Assembly (NCBI GenBank): GCA_044347345.1
Contig: JBIKUX010000002.1
Location: forward strand, 73,235-137,234
From: Bdellovibrionota bacterium
Lineage (GTDB): Bacteria; Bdellovibrionota_C; UBA2361; JBIKUX01
Reading direction: 5' to 3'
Length of the DNA stretch: 64,000 nt
Part shown: piece by piece, positions 19,402 through 28,999 of the stretch
How positions within the stretch are numbered: position 1 is the stretch's first letter
Layout: every line of letters begins with the position of its first letter
Made by a program: the position numbers and the translations under genes
Notes under the pieces: model-generated
Seen by the model: the letters and a program-made list of their open reading frames with translations, nothing else
What the model was told of the DNA's origin: nothing
Databases searched by the model: none

Positions 19402-19539
19402 CTAGTGACTTTTTTTTAACTGGGTAGCAATTACACTCGAATCCATCTTATTTAACAAAATCGTAAGAATAATCCCCACACTGCCTACAAAACCACCAAG
19501 AAGAACTAACTGAAAAAAAAGTATAATAAGATCAGACAT
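19402..19539 (-). CDS. Small single-pass membrane protein (45 aa, absent from ORF track)
   Basis: MSDLIILFFQLVLLGGFVGSVGIILTILLNKMDSSVIATQLKKSH; AAAAGGT just upstream of the ATG. Confidence 0.5.
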   Translation of the reverse strand: MSDLIILFFQLVLLGGFVGSVGIILTILLNKMDSSVIATQLKKSH

Positions 19540-19615
19540 TTTTACCTTTTGAAGCTTAGATTAAATAATAATTTTTTCTATTATATTTCTACTATAGAAT
19601 CATAATTCTAACAGA

Positions 19616-19669
19616 ATGTCCACTATTTTTCCCCTAACTTTCCACAAGTTATCCACAATTGTGGATAAC
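19616..19669. promoter_or_regulatory. DnaA-box array
   Basis: Perfect TTATCCACA (19649) and TGTGGATAA (19660) in inverted orientation plus degenerate 9-mers at 19638, 19627 and 19616, all at 11-bp period. Confidence 0.75.
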
Positions 19670-19721
19670 AATGATTGAGTATGAAAATTATATTAAGCGA
19701 TGTACGATAATCTAAAAACCG

Positions 19722-20342
19722 ATGGCTAAGCCCTACAAACGTCAAGATTATCTCTACGAGCGAGCTAAAGAAGATCAATACAGGTCTCGAGCCGCATATA
19801 AGCTTTTAGAACTTGATCGCCGCTACCGACTTTTAAAGCGTGGAGCCTGCGTACTTGATTTAGGTGCTTGGCCTGGAAGCTGGATACAAGTAGCTTCAGA
19901 AAAAATCGGAACAGATGGCTTAATAGTAGGTATCGACCTTACCAAAATTGATCCTCTAGATGAAAATGATAAGAACCGATCTTCAATAACTTTATTGCAA
20001 CGGGATATTACTAGCCCTGACCTAATCACAGAACTTACGGAACTAATCACTCAACCCATAGATTTAATATTGTGCGACATATCTCCTAAGCTCAGTGGCA
20101 TAAAGGAGGTTGATCGAGCGCGCATGGAGGAATGCGCTAAAGCTGTTGAGTCAATCACTCATAATTTACTTACTCCAAGGGGAAATTTCGTCATTAAGCT
20201 ATTCCAGAGCCCTGAAGGCGACCGATTTGCGCGAAGCCAAGCTCCCTACTTTGATAAGATAATTCGAGCAGAGCTAGATTCTACTCGTAAATCATCAACG
20301 GAGTGGTACTTTGTTGGACTAAAGTTTAAAACAAATAAATGA
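19722..20342 (+). CDS. rlmE: 23S rRNA 2'-O-methyltransferase RlmE/FtsJ
   Basis: YRSRAAYKL, LDLGAWPGSW, FVIKLFQ, RKSSTEWY. Confidence 0.95.
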   Translation: MAKPYKRQDYLYERAKEDQYRSRAAYKLLELDRRYRLLKRGACVLDLGAWPGSWIQVASEKIGTDGLIVGIDLTKIDPLDENDKNRSSITLLQRDITSPDLITELTELITQPIDLILCDISPKLSGIKEVDRARMEECAKAVESITHNLLTPRGNFVIKLFQSPEGDRFARSQAPYFDKIIRAELDSTRKSSTEWYFVGLKFKTNK

Positions 20343-21178
20343 GCGAGCTGGCAGATAACAAAATGACACACAACGTCCAAACACAACTAAATCCGGTAAT
20401 GTTTATAGAGCGATTTGGCAAATGGATATTAGTTTCTTTAGAAGCCTGGGGACAATTCTGGATTTTTTTGTCCCAAACTCTTCTTGCAACGTTAACTCCA
20501 CCGTTTCGACCATTTCTTTTTCTTACTCAGCTCTACCATGTAGGCGCACTCTCGGCTCTTGTTATTGCTCTTATTGGTCTTTTTACAGGCGCTGTGCTCG
20601 CTGTACAGGCTGAGTATACACTCGCCAAATTCGGTGCAACTGCCTTTACAGGCTCAGCAATAGCACTGAGCCTAATTAGAGAGCTTGGGCCAGTTCTTAC
20701 CGCATTAATGGTTGTTGGTCGTGCAGGGTCAGCTATGACCGCAGAACTTGGTATCATGAAAATTACGGAGCAAGTTGATGCACTTCGTTCCATGGCGGTC
20801 GACCCATTACGATACTTAATGGCTCCGAGGCTAGTGGCTAGCACAATAGCTGTGCCGCTTCTAACTGCTCTTTTTATTGTAGTTGGTATATTCGGAGGCT
20901 ATCTTGTAGCGATTGGTCTTTTAGACCTCAATCCTGGTACTTTCTGGAGTCAAATGAAGACTGCTGTTACTGCCGTTGACGTTTACGGCGGACTCATTAA
21001 GGCCACGGTATTTGGATTTATCATCGGCTGGGTATGTACATTTAAAGGGTATACTTGTGGCTTCGGAGCACTAGGAGTAAACCGAGCAACGACAAAAGCT
21101 GTCGTAAACGCCTCTGTGGCAGTACTTGTGCTAGATTATTTTTTAACTAGCATACTAACTCGCCTACTTCTTGAGTAA
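20339..21178 (+). CDS. mlaE: MlaE lipid asymmetry ABC permease
   Basis: RELGPVLTALMVVGRAGSAMTAELG.MKITEQVDAL. Confidence 0.95.
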   Translation: MSELADNKMTHNVQTQLNPVMFIERFGKWILVSLEAWGQFWIFLSQTLLATLTPPFRPFLFLTQLYHVGALSALVIALIGLFTGAVLAVQAEYTLAKFGATAFTGSAIALSLIRELGPVLTALMVVGRAGSAMTAELGIMKITEQVDALRSMAVDPLRYLMAPRLVASTIAVPLLTALFIVVGIFGGYLVAIGLLDLNPGTFWSQMKTAVTAVDVYGGLIKATVFGFIIGWVCTFKGYTCGFGALGVNRATTKAVVNASVAVLVLDYFLTSILTRLLLE

Positions 21179-22007
21179 TCCACAGTGGTACTATGAAGTC
21201 TTCGAGTACTATAAATTTTTAAGTATTATGAATTTTACCCAAGCTCAAGAAGTGCCAATTCTCTCAATCAAGTCTCTATCCAAGTCATTTGGACTTCAAA
21301 CAGTTCTATCAAATGTTTCTCTTGATATTCATCGGGGTCAAACAACAGCCATTGTGGGGCCTAGTGGAGCGGGCAAATCAGTGCTTATTAAACTCATCAT
21401 GGGCATACTTGCGCCTGATTCAGGTCAGGTATTTATTCGTGGAATTGATATGGCTGCCAAATCTAGCGAATATGAAAAAAATAAACTCAGACAAGGCCTG
21501 TCGATGCTTTTTCAATCTGCTGCTTTGTTTGACTCTTTAACAGTGTATGAAAATATTGGATTTCCTTTATCAACTCGGCTAGATATTAAAAGTTCTGAAG
21601 TGCATGATCGGGTAATGACTTTAGCTACATCGCTAAGTCTCAATCAGGTTCTTAGCCTCTATCCTCAGCAGATCTCTATGGGCACCAGAAAACGGGTAGG
21701 TATGGCTCGAGCACTGGTAACAGAACCTGAAATTATCCTCTTTGATGAGCCTAATACAGGCTTGGATCCTGTTAACGGACAAGAAGTTTACGATCTAATA
21801 AATGAATGCCGAGTAAAATGGGGATTTACTGGTTTAGTCATTAGCCATGAATTACCAGAGGTCTTCCAAGTAGTCGACCGAGTTGCGATGCTACTCCAAG
21901 GCATAATTATTAAAGATTGTACTCCTACGGAATTTGCTGCATCAACTATTCCGGCAGTACAGCAGTTTTTACATGGAAAAATAGATGGTCCAATCAACAT
22001 TCAGTAA
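21171..22007 (+). CDS. mlaF: MlaF ABC ATPase (start probably ATG 21228)
   Basis: GPSGAGKS, FQSAALFDSL, FDEPNTGLDP; signature reads ISMGT; operon context. Confidence 0.9.
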   Translation: MSNPQWYYEVFEYYKFLSIMNFTQAQEVPILSIKSLSKSFGLQTVLSNVSLDIHRGQTTAIVGPSGAGKSVLIKLIMGILAPDSGQVFIRGIDMAAKSSEYEKNKLRQGLSMLFQSAALFDSLTVYENIGFPLSTRLDIKSSEVHDRVMTLATSLSLNQVLSLYPQQISMGTRKRVGMARALVTEPEIILFDEPNTGLDPVNGQEVYDLINECRVKWGFTGLVISHELPEVFQVVDRVAMLLQGIIIKDCTPTEFAASTIPAVQQFLHGKIDGPINIQ

Positions 22008-22506
22008 TTCAAAAGTAGCAGCCGCCCCAAAACGTAACTTCTCAATCGAGTTTTTTGTTGGGCTTTTCACCCTCATTGGATGTATCGCTGGTGGCTGGCT
22101 TGCAGTTGGTCTTGGTGGTGCGACTTTATTCTCCACTAATACCTACACAATTTACGCTGAATTCGACAATATCTCTGGTTTAAAGGAGGGTGCATCAGTT
22201 GAAATTGCTGGAGTACAAATTGGAACAGTTACTGACCTTAAACTTAAAGATCCTTCAGCTATAGTAGCTTTAGCGCTCCATAAAGGAGTATCGATATATG
22301 AGGATGATATCGCCGCTATCCGCACCAAGGGAATCATCGGAGATAGATATATAAAAATTTCACGAGGTGGGGCTGGTGAACTTTTAAATCCTGAAGGCAC
22401 TATTACAGAGACAGAATCAGTCGTAGATATTGAAGATTTAATCGGTAAAATCGTTCATACCATGTCAAGTGGTAACGACGATAAAAAACATTCTGAAGAT
22501 AAATAA
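21985..22506 (+). CDS. mlaD: MlaD MCE-domain protein
   Basis: N-terminal TM, FDNISGLKEGASVEIAGVQIG, TKGIIGDRYI. Confidence 0.93.
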   Translation: MVQSTFSNSKVAAAPKRNFSIEFFVGLFTLIGCIAGGWLAVGLGGATLFSTNTYTIYAEFDNISGLKEGASVEIAGVQIGTVTDLKLKDPSAIVALALHKGVSIYEDDIAAIRTKGIIGDRYIKISRGGAGELLNPEGTITETESVVDIEDLIGKIVHTMSSGNDDKKHSEDK

Positions 22507-22528
22507 CTCATACTAAGGAAAATGCAAC

Positions 22529-23158
22529 ATGAAGATCCTTTTTGGCACTCTGCTTACAATAGTTGTGAGCACTTTGATTGGATTTATATCGCAGTTTCCG
22601 GTCTCTTCCGTTTCTGCACAAACAACATTCACTGCCAAGCAGCGGATAAGCAGTACGCTTGAAAATCTAGTGAGTATAGTTGAACAAAACGGTGGCGAAG
22701 AAGTTTCAGCTATTCGTCGACAAAAGCTTCGCAGTGCTATTAACCCATATTTTGATTTTGCTGAGATGTCTAAACGCTCCTTAGCCAAGCACTGGCAAGA
22801 GATGGATATTGACCAAAAAAGAGATTTTGTTTCTGCTTTTTCTAACTTACTTGCCCGAACCTACATAGATAAAATTGAACTAATACGCAAAGGAATGGTG
22901 GAAGTTGTAAGCAATAAAGATTTTCCACCAACTACAAGTGGGGTAGAGCGGGCATCCGTAAAAACAATGGTCACTCACAAAGGAGAAAAATTTCCCATAG
23001 AATACCGTCTTTATAGAAAAGGAGATGAAGACTGGAAAGTATATGATGTTATCGTAGAAAATATAGGGCTAGTGTCAAATTACAGAACAGAGTTTTCGTC
23101 AATTATCCGCAAAAAAGGCATATCTGGTCTCATAACGGACATTAAAGCCAAACAGTAA
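22529..23158 (+). CDS. mlaC: MlaC/Ttg2D phospholipid-binding protein
   Basis: FDFAEMSKRSL, WKVYDVIVENIGLVSNYRTEF. Confidence 0.93.
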   Translation: MKILFGTLLTIVVSTLIGFISQFPVSSVSAQTTFTAKQRISSTLENLVSIVEQNGGEEVSAIRRQKLRSAINPYFDFAEMSKRSLAKHWQEMDIDQKRDFVSAFSNLLARTYIDKIELIRKGMVEVVSNKDFPPTTSGVERASVKTMVTHKGEKFPIEYRLYRKGDEDWKVYDVIVENIGLVSNYRTEFSSIIRKKGISGLITDIKAKQ

Positions 23159-23273
23159 TTATAAATTAATAATGTTTGAGATTCTAACTTGTTTCTGAAG
23201 TTCTCAGCATAAAGAGTCCTCTATTTACATCATATTTTTGGTGCTGAAATCGTAGTCAACGAATCATACCCAT

Positions 23274-24149
23274 ATGATTACGACGTTAACATTATTATTT
23301 GGACTTCTTGTAGGAAGTTTCCTTTCGGTATGCATTTACCGTATTCCTCGAGGTGCAGGATACGAAGATTTGCATGAAACTCCTCCTGAACCTCACGAGC
23401 GGCCTTTACATATTAATTCACCTGCGAGGTCTTTTTGTCCTTCATGTCTCCAACAATTGAGATGGTTTGAAAATATTCCAGTAATTAGTTGGGTGCTTCA
23501 ACGAGGCAAATGTCGAAATTGTAAAACATCCATATCAGCTAGATATCCAACGGTTGAGTTAATGAGTGCAGGTTTTGCTATTTTGTCATTAACACAATTT
23601 GGATTTACCCCCACGGCACTGTTGGTTTATATTTTTTGCTCTGCTCTCATCGTTGTTTCTTTTATTGATTACGACTTTTACATTATTCCAGACAGCATTT
23701 CCCTAGGTGGCACAATCCTTGGTTTAGTTATAGCGCTTATAAACTGGAAGTATAGTTTTTTTACATGGCCCATTACTCCTAATCTATTAGAAAGTATCTT
23801 AGGAATCATTGCGGGTGCTGGATTTTTACTTGTTGTTGCTGAGTTGTATTTCTATCTGAGAAAAATTGAAGGACTTGGTTTAGGAGATGTTAAACTTCTA
23901 GCCATGACTGGTGCCCTATTAGGGCCAAAGTGCGCCCTATACACCATATTTATTGGGGCTTTTATCGGCACAGTAGTTGGTGTGTTAATGATTTTATTAA
24001 CGCACCGAACAATAAAGCATTACTTACCTTTTGGGCCATTTTTAGCTATAGGTACAATTTTATACCTTTTTTTCAATCATGAAATTGAGAGTACATTACT
24101 AACTTTTATGGAACTCTATTCTGAGAAGATCATTAGTCTATTTGGCTAA
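23274..24149 (+). CDS. pilD: Type IV prepilin peptidase
   Basis: GSFLSVCIYRIP, CPSC/CRNC Cys pairs, GLGDVKL, PFGPFL. Confidence 0.95.
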   Translation: MITTLTLLFGLLVGSFLSVCIYRIPRGAGYEDLHETPPEPHERPLHINSPARSFCPSCLQQLRWFENIPVISWVLQRGKCRNCKTSISARYPTVELMSAGFAILSLTQFGFTPTALLVYIFCSALIVVSFIDYDFYIIPDSISLGGTILGLVIALINWKYSFFTWPITPNLLESILGIIAGAGFLLVVAELYFYLRKIEGLGLGDVKLLAMTGALLGPKCALYTIFIGAFIGTVVGVLMILLTHRTIKHYLPFGPFLAIGTILYLFFNHEIESTLLTFMELYSEKIISLFG

Positions 24150-24152
24150 GCG

Positions 24153-25538
24153 GTGATGCTCATGATAAATTCTCTACTTATTGAGGATGAAAGTACTAAT
24201 CCAGTATTTATAGAAATAATAGAGAAAGCTCTCAACTATTCAAACATTTCTTTAAAAGTATCACGTTTTGTAACGAATCTGAGCTTATTTAGTGAAAAGA
24301 ATGATATTCTCCTTCTTACTGACACTTTTTTGAAATCCGCTAAAGACTCCCTCATTGCTAACTATCGTGCTCATCTAACGGTAAAACATCCTCTCATAAT
24401 AGGATTTGGTAATACAGAACTTACATCACTAGAACTACCAAGTATAATCTTTGATATTATTCCTCTGAATGCTGATATAAATTTTTATATTTCATTCTTC
24501 AAAAAGTTAGTTGTACAACTTAATAATTTTATAATTTATCCATCACAAACAATCGATACAGATAAGCAAGAACACAAAAATCCTCAATGGGTAGTAGAAA
24601 GTGATGCGATGAAAAATTTAGTTAAAACAATACATCGCCTTGCTGTATTTGATACTACAGTGCTAATTAAGGGAGAGTCTGGTACGGGAAAAGAACTAGT
24701 AGCTCGAGAGCTTCACTTACAATCGACTCGCAATAATTCGCCCTTTATTGCTATTAACTGTGGTGCAATACCTGAAAGTCTTCTTGAATCTGAGCTATTT
24801 GGGCACCGCAAAGGAGCGTTCACAGATGCAACTCAAGACAAAAAAGGATTATTTGAAGAGGCTAACGGTGGAACACTTTTTCTCGATGAAATTGGGGAAA
24901 TGCCATTACAACTTCAAGTTAAACTTTTAAGAGCTCTGCAAGAGCGAGCAATAAGACCTGTAGGTGCTGAATCAATTATACCCATAAACGTTAGAATAGT
25001 AGCAGCAACCCTTAGGGATCTTGAAAACGATGTTGATGAAGGGAGATTTCGCGAAGATCTTCTATATCGACTTAATGTGGTGACCATACATCTTCCACCA
25101 CTAAGAGAGAGGAAAATTGAGATTCCTATTTTAGTGGGTTACTTTATAAAGAAGCATTCAAGACGCTTGGGAGTAAAGGGTAAAACTTTATCTGAAAAGG
25201 CTCTCAATCTACTTCTTTCTTATCACTGGCCTGGTAATATTCGTGAACTAGAAAATTGTATTGAAAGAGCACTAGTGCTCTCAACTGACTCAATAATTGA
25301 TATTGATAAACTACCGCCAAATATAGCTAAAATTGGTTCATCTAATCTTGACTACTCCGGCCGTAACCATTTATCGTTTGAATCTCTTTCCATTAAAGAA
25401 CAAACTAAAGAGCTTGAACGCACCCTTATTGCTAAAGCTCTAAGCACTACCAAAGGTAACAGAACACGTGCTGCCAAAATATTAGAAATAAGCCATCGAG
25501 CCTTACTCTATAAACTCAAAGAATACCAATTTGAATAA
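24153..25538 (+). CDS. Sigma-54-dependent transcriptional activator with degenerate N-terminal domain
   Basis: GESGTGKE, ESELFGH, GAFTDA, FLDEIGE, WPGNIREL, Fis-type HTH. Confidence 0.92.
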   Translation: MMLMINSLLIEDESTNPVFIEIIEKALNYSNISLKVSRFVTNLSLFSEKNDILLLTDTFLKSAKDSLIANYRAHLTVKHPLIIGFGNTELTSLELPSIIFDIIPLNADINFYISFFKKLVVQLNNFIIYPSQTIDTDKQEHKNPQWVVESDAMKNLVKTIHRLAVFDTTVLIKGESGTGKELVARELHLQSTRNNSPFIAINCGAIPESLLESELFGHRKGAFTDATQDKKGLFEEANGGTLFLDEIGEMPLQLQVKLLRALQERAIRPVGAESIIPINVRIVAATLRDLENDVDEGRFREDLLYRLNVVTIHLPPLRERKIEIPILVGYFIKKHSRRLGVKGKTLSEKALNLLLSYHWPGNIRELENCIERALVLSTDSIIDIDKLPPNIAKIGSSNLDYSGRNHLSFESLSIKEQTKELERTLIAKALSTTKGNRTRAAKILEISHRALLYKLKEYQFE

Positions 25539-25566
25539 CTCTACTTTTCCAGGCCAAGAATAAAGA

Positions 25567-26427
25567 ATGAGATTTGCTTACGACTACTTTCCCGCAGGCT
25601 TTAGGCAGATGCCAAGCCACTGCAATACCAAATCTTCCTCATCTTGCTCTTCACTTGCCATAGTGCTTCACGGGTTAATGGGGTCTCGAGCAGACGACGA
25701 TGCCCTGAAACTCCCAGATTGGCGCGAGTTAACATCAACAAATATGGCAGTGTTAAGGTACGACGCTCGCGGTCACGGGGAGTCACTACTTACTGCCGAT
25801 AATGATGGATCTGAGCGGTATACATGGAAAGCTCTTGCAGATGATCTCATCGAAGTTCTTACGTGGGCTCTAAAAGAGTACAATCACAAGGAAGTTGTTT
25901 TAATTGGTAGTTCAATGGGAACAGGAACAGCATTATGGGCCTCAGTAGCATCATCTACCTTACCAATTCGTGCGCTTGTACTCGCAATACCATCAACTAC
26001 TGGCACTGAGCGAGATGCAACTCGAGTGGTTGTTCGTAGGTGGGCGGATATTATTGAGAAGAACGGAGTTAAGGCGTTTATTGAACTTCTCACTTCATCA
26101 CCCAAAACACCTATATTAGAGGAAGCAATTCCAGAATACCGAGATATCACATTGCCACGCATAGCGAAGATGCATCCAACTGCTCTGATCAACATGTTTC
26201 GCGGTGCCGCGATTTCTAATTTTCCCTCTGCTGAGGAGATTATGGCGATCCCGTATCCTACACTAATTCTTTGTCGAGATAAGGATAGTATGCATCCGCT
26301 ATCTGCGGGTGAATATTTGCAAAAATTATTACCCAATAATAAAACTATTATCACCCACCAAGGATTAGAAATTAAATCATGGCCAAAAAAAGTCCTTGAA
26401 TGGTTACAGTCGGTACCAAATGCATGA
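25567..26427 (+). CDS. Alpha/beta-fold hydrolase
   Basis: LHG, YDARGHGES, GSSMG nucleophile elbow, DSMHP. Confidence 0.85.
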   Translation: MRFAYDYFPAGFRQMPSHCNTKSSSSCSSLAIVLHGLMGSRADDDALKLPDWRELTSTNMAVLRYDARGHGESLLTADNDGSERYTWKALADDLIEVLTWALKEYNHKEVVLIGSSMGTGTALWASVASSTLPIRALVLAIPSTTGTERDATRVVVRRWADIIEKNGVKAFIELLTSSPKTPILEEAIPEYRDITLPRIAKMHPTALINMFRGAAISNFPSAEEIMAIPYPTLILCRDKDSMHPLSAGEYLQKLLPNNKTIITHQGLEIKSWPKKVLEWLQSVPNA

Positions 26428-26715
26428 AGTGCATATAGTGCCAATCTTCTGAATACCTAAATTAGTAACAAAAAAGTTCCTGTCTAACCTAACCTAGTTT
26501 AAGCTAGGTTACGACACTAGAGCCAAACTACAGCAGAGGCATACACTTAAATTACTTGACTCATAAGTAAACATGTCAGGAAAAAATTTAACTAGCTGGT
26601 GTTTGCAAAAGATAAAGTATCTCTTAAACAAATTTTACGGACAATCGTGGAGCTGACCGGTTAGAAGATGTTAATTTAACATTACGCATAAGCAGTAAAG
26701 AGGGAGAAAGTCACC

Positions 26716-27789
26716 ATGCCTATTAAAGCGCACCCCCACATTTCAGCCATGTCACCTTACAAACCTCCTATCGAGGGGCGTAGCTCATATCCCTATCTGC
26801 TGCTTGATTTTAATGAGCGCACTATTCCTCTTCCAGAGGTCATCATTAAAAAAATTGTAGTATGGATACAAAAGAACAAACTCCACAAGTATCCTGAATA
26901 TAGTGATATCGCCGAGCTTATTGCTGGGTACGCAGAGGTGCCAAGTGATCGAGTGATGATTACTAATGGATCCGATCAAGGTATAGACATAATATTTCGA
27001 GCCTTCACTGGAAAGGGAGACGAGGCAATTATACCAACTCCTACGTTTACGATGCATGGCCACTGTGCTAATCTACAAGGGTGCATCTTAATTGAGCCTG
27101 TCTACACTCGTGACAAAGGATATCCCCTAGAAGGGGTTCTTAGTGCAGTATCTCCTCGCACAAAGCTAATTGTAATCTGTAATCCCAATAGTCCTACTGG
27201 AACACTTCTTGAAGTCGAGGGTATTAGGAATATCGCGGCCGCTGCTCCTGATGCTGTAGTACTAGTCGATGAGTGCTACTTTGAGTACGCAAAAGTCACG
27301 GCAAGAGACTTATTATCTAAGCATCCAAACATAATTATTACACGTACATTTTCTAAGACATGGGGGCTTTCATCCCTTCGCATTGGCTACATTATTGCTG
27401 TGCCTGAGGTTATCTCTGAACTTCTTAAAGTACGAGGCCCTTATGATATGAACATGGTCGCTATTGAGGCACTTCGAGCCGCGTTTGCACACCGTGAATA
27501 TCTGGACGACTACGTCAAGGAAGTTATGGAGGTCTCGTTACCAAAATTTGAAGCATTTTTAACTGAAGTACAAATTCCATTCTGGTCAACGCATTCAAAT
27601 TTTATCCTTATTCATCCTCCTCACGTCGCTGAACTTGAAAAGCGACTCCAATCGAAGAAAATTCTTGTGCGACCTCGCAAAGGACCAGGAATTGATAACA
27701 CACTACGAATCACAATAGGCACACTTGACCAAATGGAGGCAGTAATTGAAGTAATTCGTTCTTTTCTAGAGGAAAAGGGCACGTTATGA
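26716..27789 (+). CDS. hisC: Histidinol-phosphate aminotransferase
   Basis: NGSDQGID, CNPNSPTG, DECY, RTFSKTWGLSSLRIGY, LRITIG. Confidence 0.85.
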   Translation: MPIKAHPHISAMSPYKPPIEGRSSYPYLLLDFNERTIPLPEVIIKKIVVWIQKNKLHKYPEYSDIAELIAGYAEVPSDRVMITNGSDQGIDIIFRAFTGKGDEAIIPTPTFTMHGHCANLQGCILIEPVYTRDKGYPLEGVLSAVSPRTKLIVICNPNSPTGTLLEVEGIRNIAAAAPDAVVLVDECYFEYAKVTARDLLSKHPNIIITRTFSKTWGLSSLRIGYIIAVPEVISELLKVRGPYDMNMVAIEALRAAFAHREYLDDYVKEVMEVSLPKFEAFLTEVQIPFWSTHSNFILIHPPHVAELEKRLQSKKILVRPRKGPGIDNTLRITIGTLDQMEAVIEVIRSFLEEKGTL

Positions 27790-28640
27790 CAACAACCGAT
27801 ATTGAAGAGCGTATTAAACTAACCCACCGACTTGCTGATGTAGCTGGTGATGTATTACGTAGCTACTTTCGTGCAGGTCCCATTGATTCAGGTACCAAAA
27901 TTAAGGAGATATCCTCAATAGTCACTATTGCTGATACCCAAGTCGAGCACATCATGCGAAGTCTTATCCGCCAACATTTTCCGGAAGATGGTATCATCGG
28001 AGAAGAGCTAGGATCAGTTCCTTCAAAAGGAAGTGGCGTATCGTGGGTAATAGATCCTATAGATGGAACTTCTTCGTTTGTACGAGGTTTGCCCGTTTTT
28101 GGTACCCTAATTGGATGCATAAATGATGAAACCGGAGAGGTTTTATGTGGAGTGCTTGATCAAGCTATACTTGGTGAACGGTTCGTAGCATATAGTAAAA
28201 AAGAAGAAAATAATACAACAACAATATCATTAACCCTAAACGGAGAGCCGATCTATTCCTCTTATACTGACGGGGAGCGATACTCATCACTAGCTGAAGT
28301 GTGTCTATGCTCTACTACTCCAAGAATGTTTGTCTCTTATAAAGAACAAGAGTGCATTAAGAATGCTTGGGCTGTTTGTAAAAGAACAGCCTTTGGTGGT
28401 GATTGCTACAACTATGCTATGCTTGCTTCTGGAAGATCAGCCATGCCACTTGTTGTACTTGAAGCTGACATGAAGTACTTTGATTTTTGTGCTCTAATTC
28501 CAATTATAAAAGGTTCAGGTGGGTACATTACTGATTGGACAGGACAATCACTCACCAAAGATTCAACTCAAGTTCTCGCTGCACCAAATATAAATTTATG
28601 GGAACAAATGATAAAAGTACTCGGCAAAACTAATGAGTAA
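27786..28640 (+). CDS. hisN: Inositol monophosphatase family, histidinol-phosphatase HisN-like
   Basis: VTIAD, GEE, WVIDPIDGTSSF, FGGDCYNY; 4-bp overlap with hisC. Confidence 0.75.
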   Translation: MTTTDIEERIKLTHRLADVAGDVLRSYFRAGPIDSGTKIKEISSIVTIADTQVEHIMRSLIRQHFPEDGIIGEELGSVPSKGSGVSWVIDPIDGTSSFVRGLPVFGTLIGCINDETGEVLCGVLDQAILGERFVAYSKKEENNTTTISLTLNGEPIYSSYTDGERYSSLAEVCLCSTTPRMFVSYKEQECIKNAWAVCKRTAFGGDCYNYAMLASGRSAMPLVVLEADMKYFDFCALIPIIKGSGGYITDWTGQSLTKDSTQVLAAPNINLWEQMIKVLGKTNE

Positions 28641-28958
28641 AGCTAATGTATTAATGGTTACATTTTTATCCGTTTAGGATAAACCTTATAGCTTGAATAA
28701 TTAAAGATACAAGTTAACTTTCTTACTTTTTATTTTTACCCTTAGTAATAAATATCCTTGCGTTTACTGACAAACAAAGTACGAATAGTGTTTTGTTTTT
28801 ATAGCGCGCACATTAGAAGGGTTTTTAATTTAAATGTATTTGGTAACTACACCTACTCCAATTGTCTATCGTAACATTCTCAATTACTTCCATATATGAA
28901 TTAGGTGACTAAGTGCTAAGGACTAAGCCTCACAGGAAGCTACTTCTGTTAGATGTAG

Positions 28959-28997
28959 GTAAGGTTAGGTTAAGTTAGGTTAATTTAAGTTAAGTCA
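28959..28997. repeat. Degenerate pentamer tandem repeat (GTTAG/GTTAA-like)
   Basis: gtaaggttaggttaagttaggttaatttaagttaagtca. Confidence 0.65.
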
Positions 28998-28999
28998 AA

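Noticed and set aside
19575..19600. CTA-type repeats as DnaA-trios proving oriC
   Set aside because: Imperfect, and placed on the opposite side of the boxes from the Bacillus arrangement as I recall it; not counted as evidence
25884..26444. 186-aa antisense ORF and the many other short overlapping ORFs in the track
   Set aside because: They shadow well-supported genes on the opposite strand or another frame and show no motifs
28959..28997. Telomere-like TTAGG repeats (also near 26484)
   Set aside because: Only a few degenerate copies at an internal position; treated as low-complexity sequence
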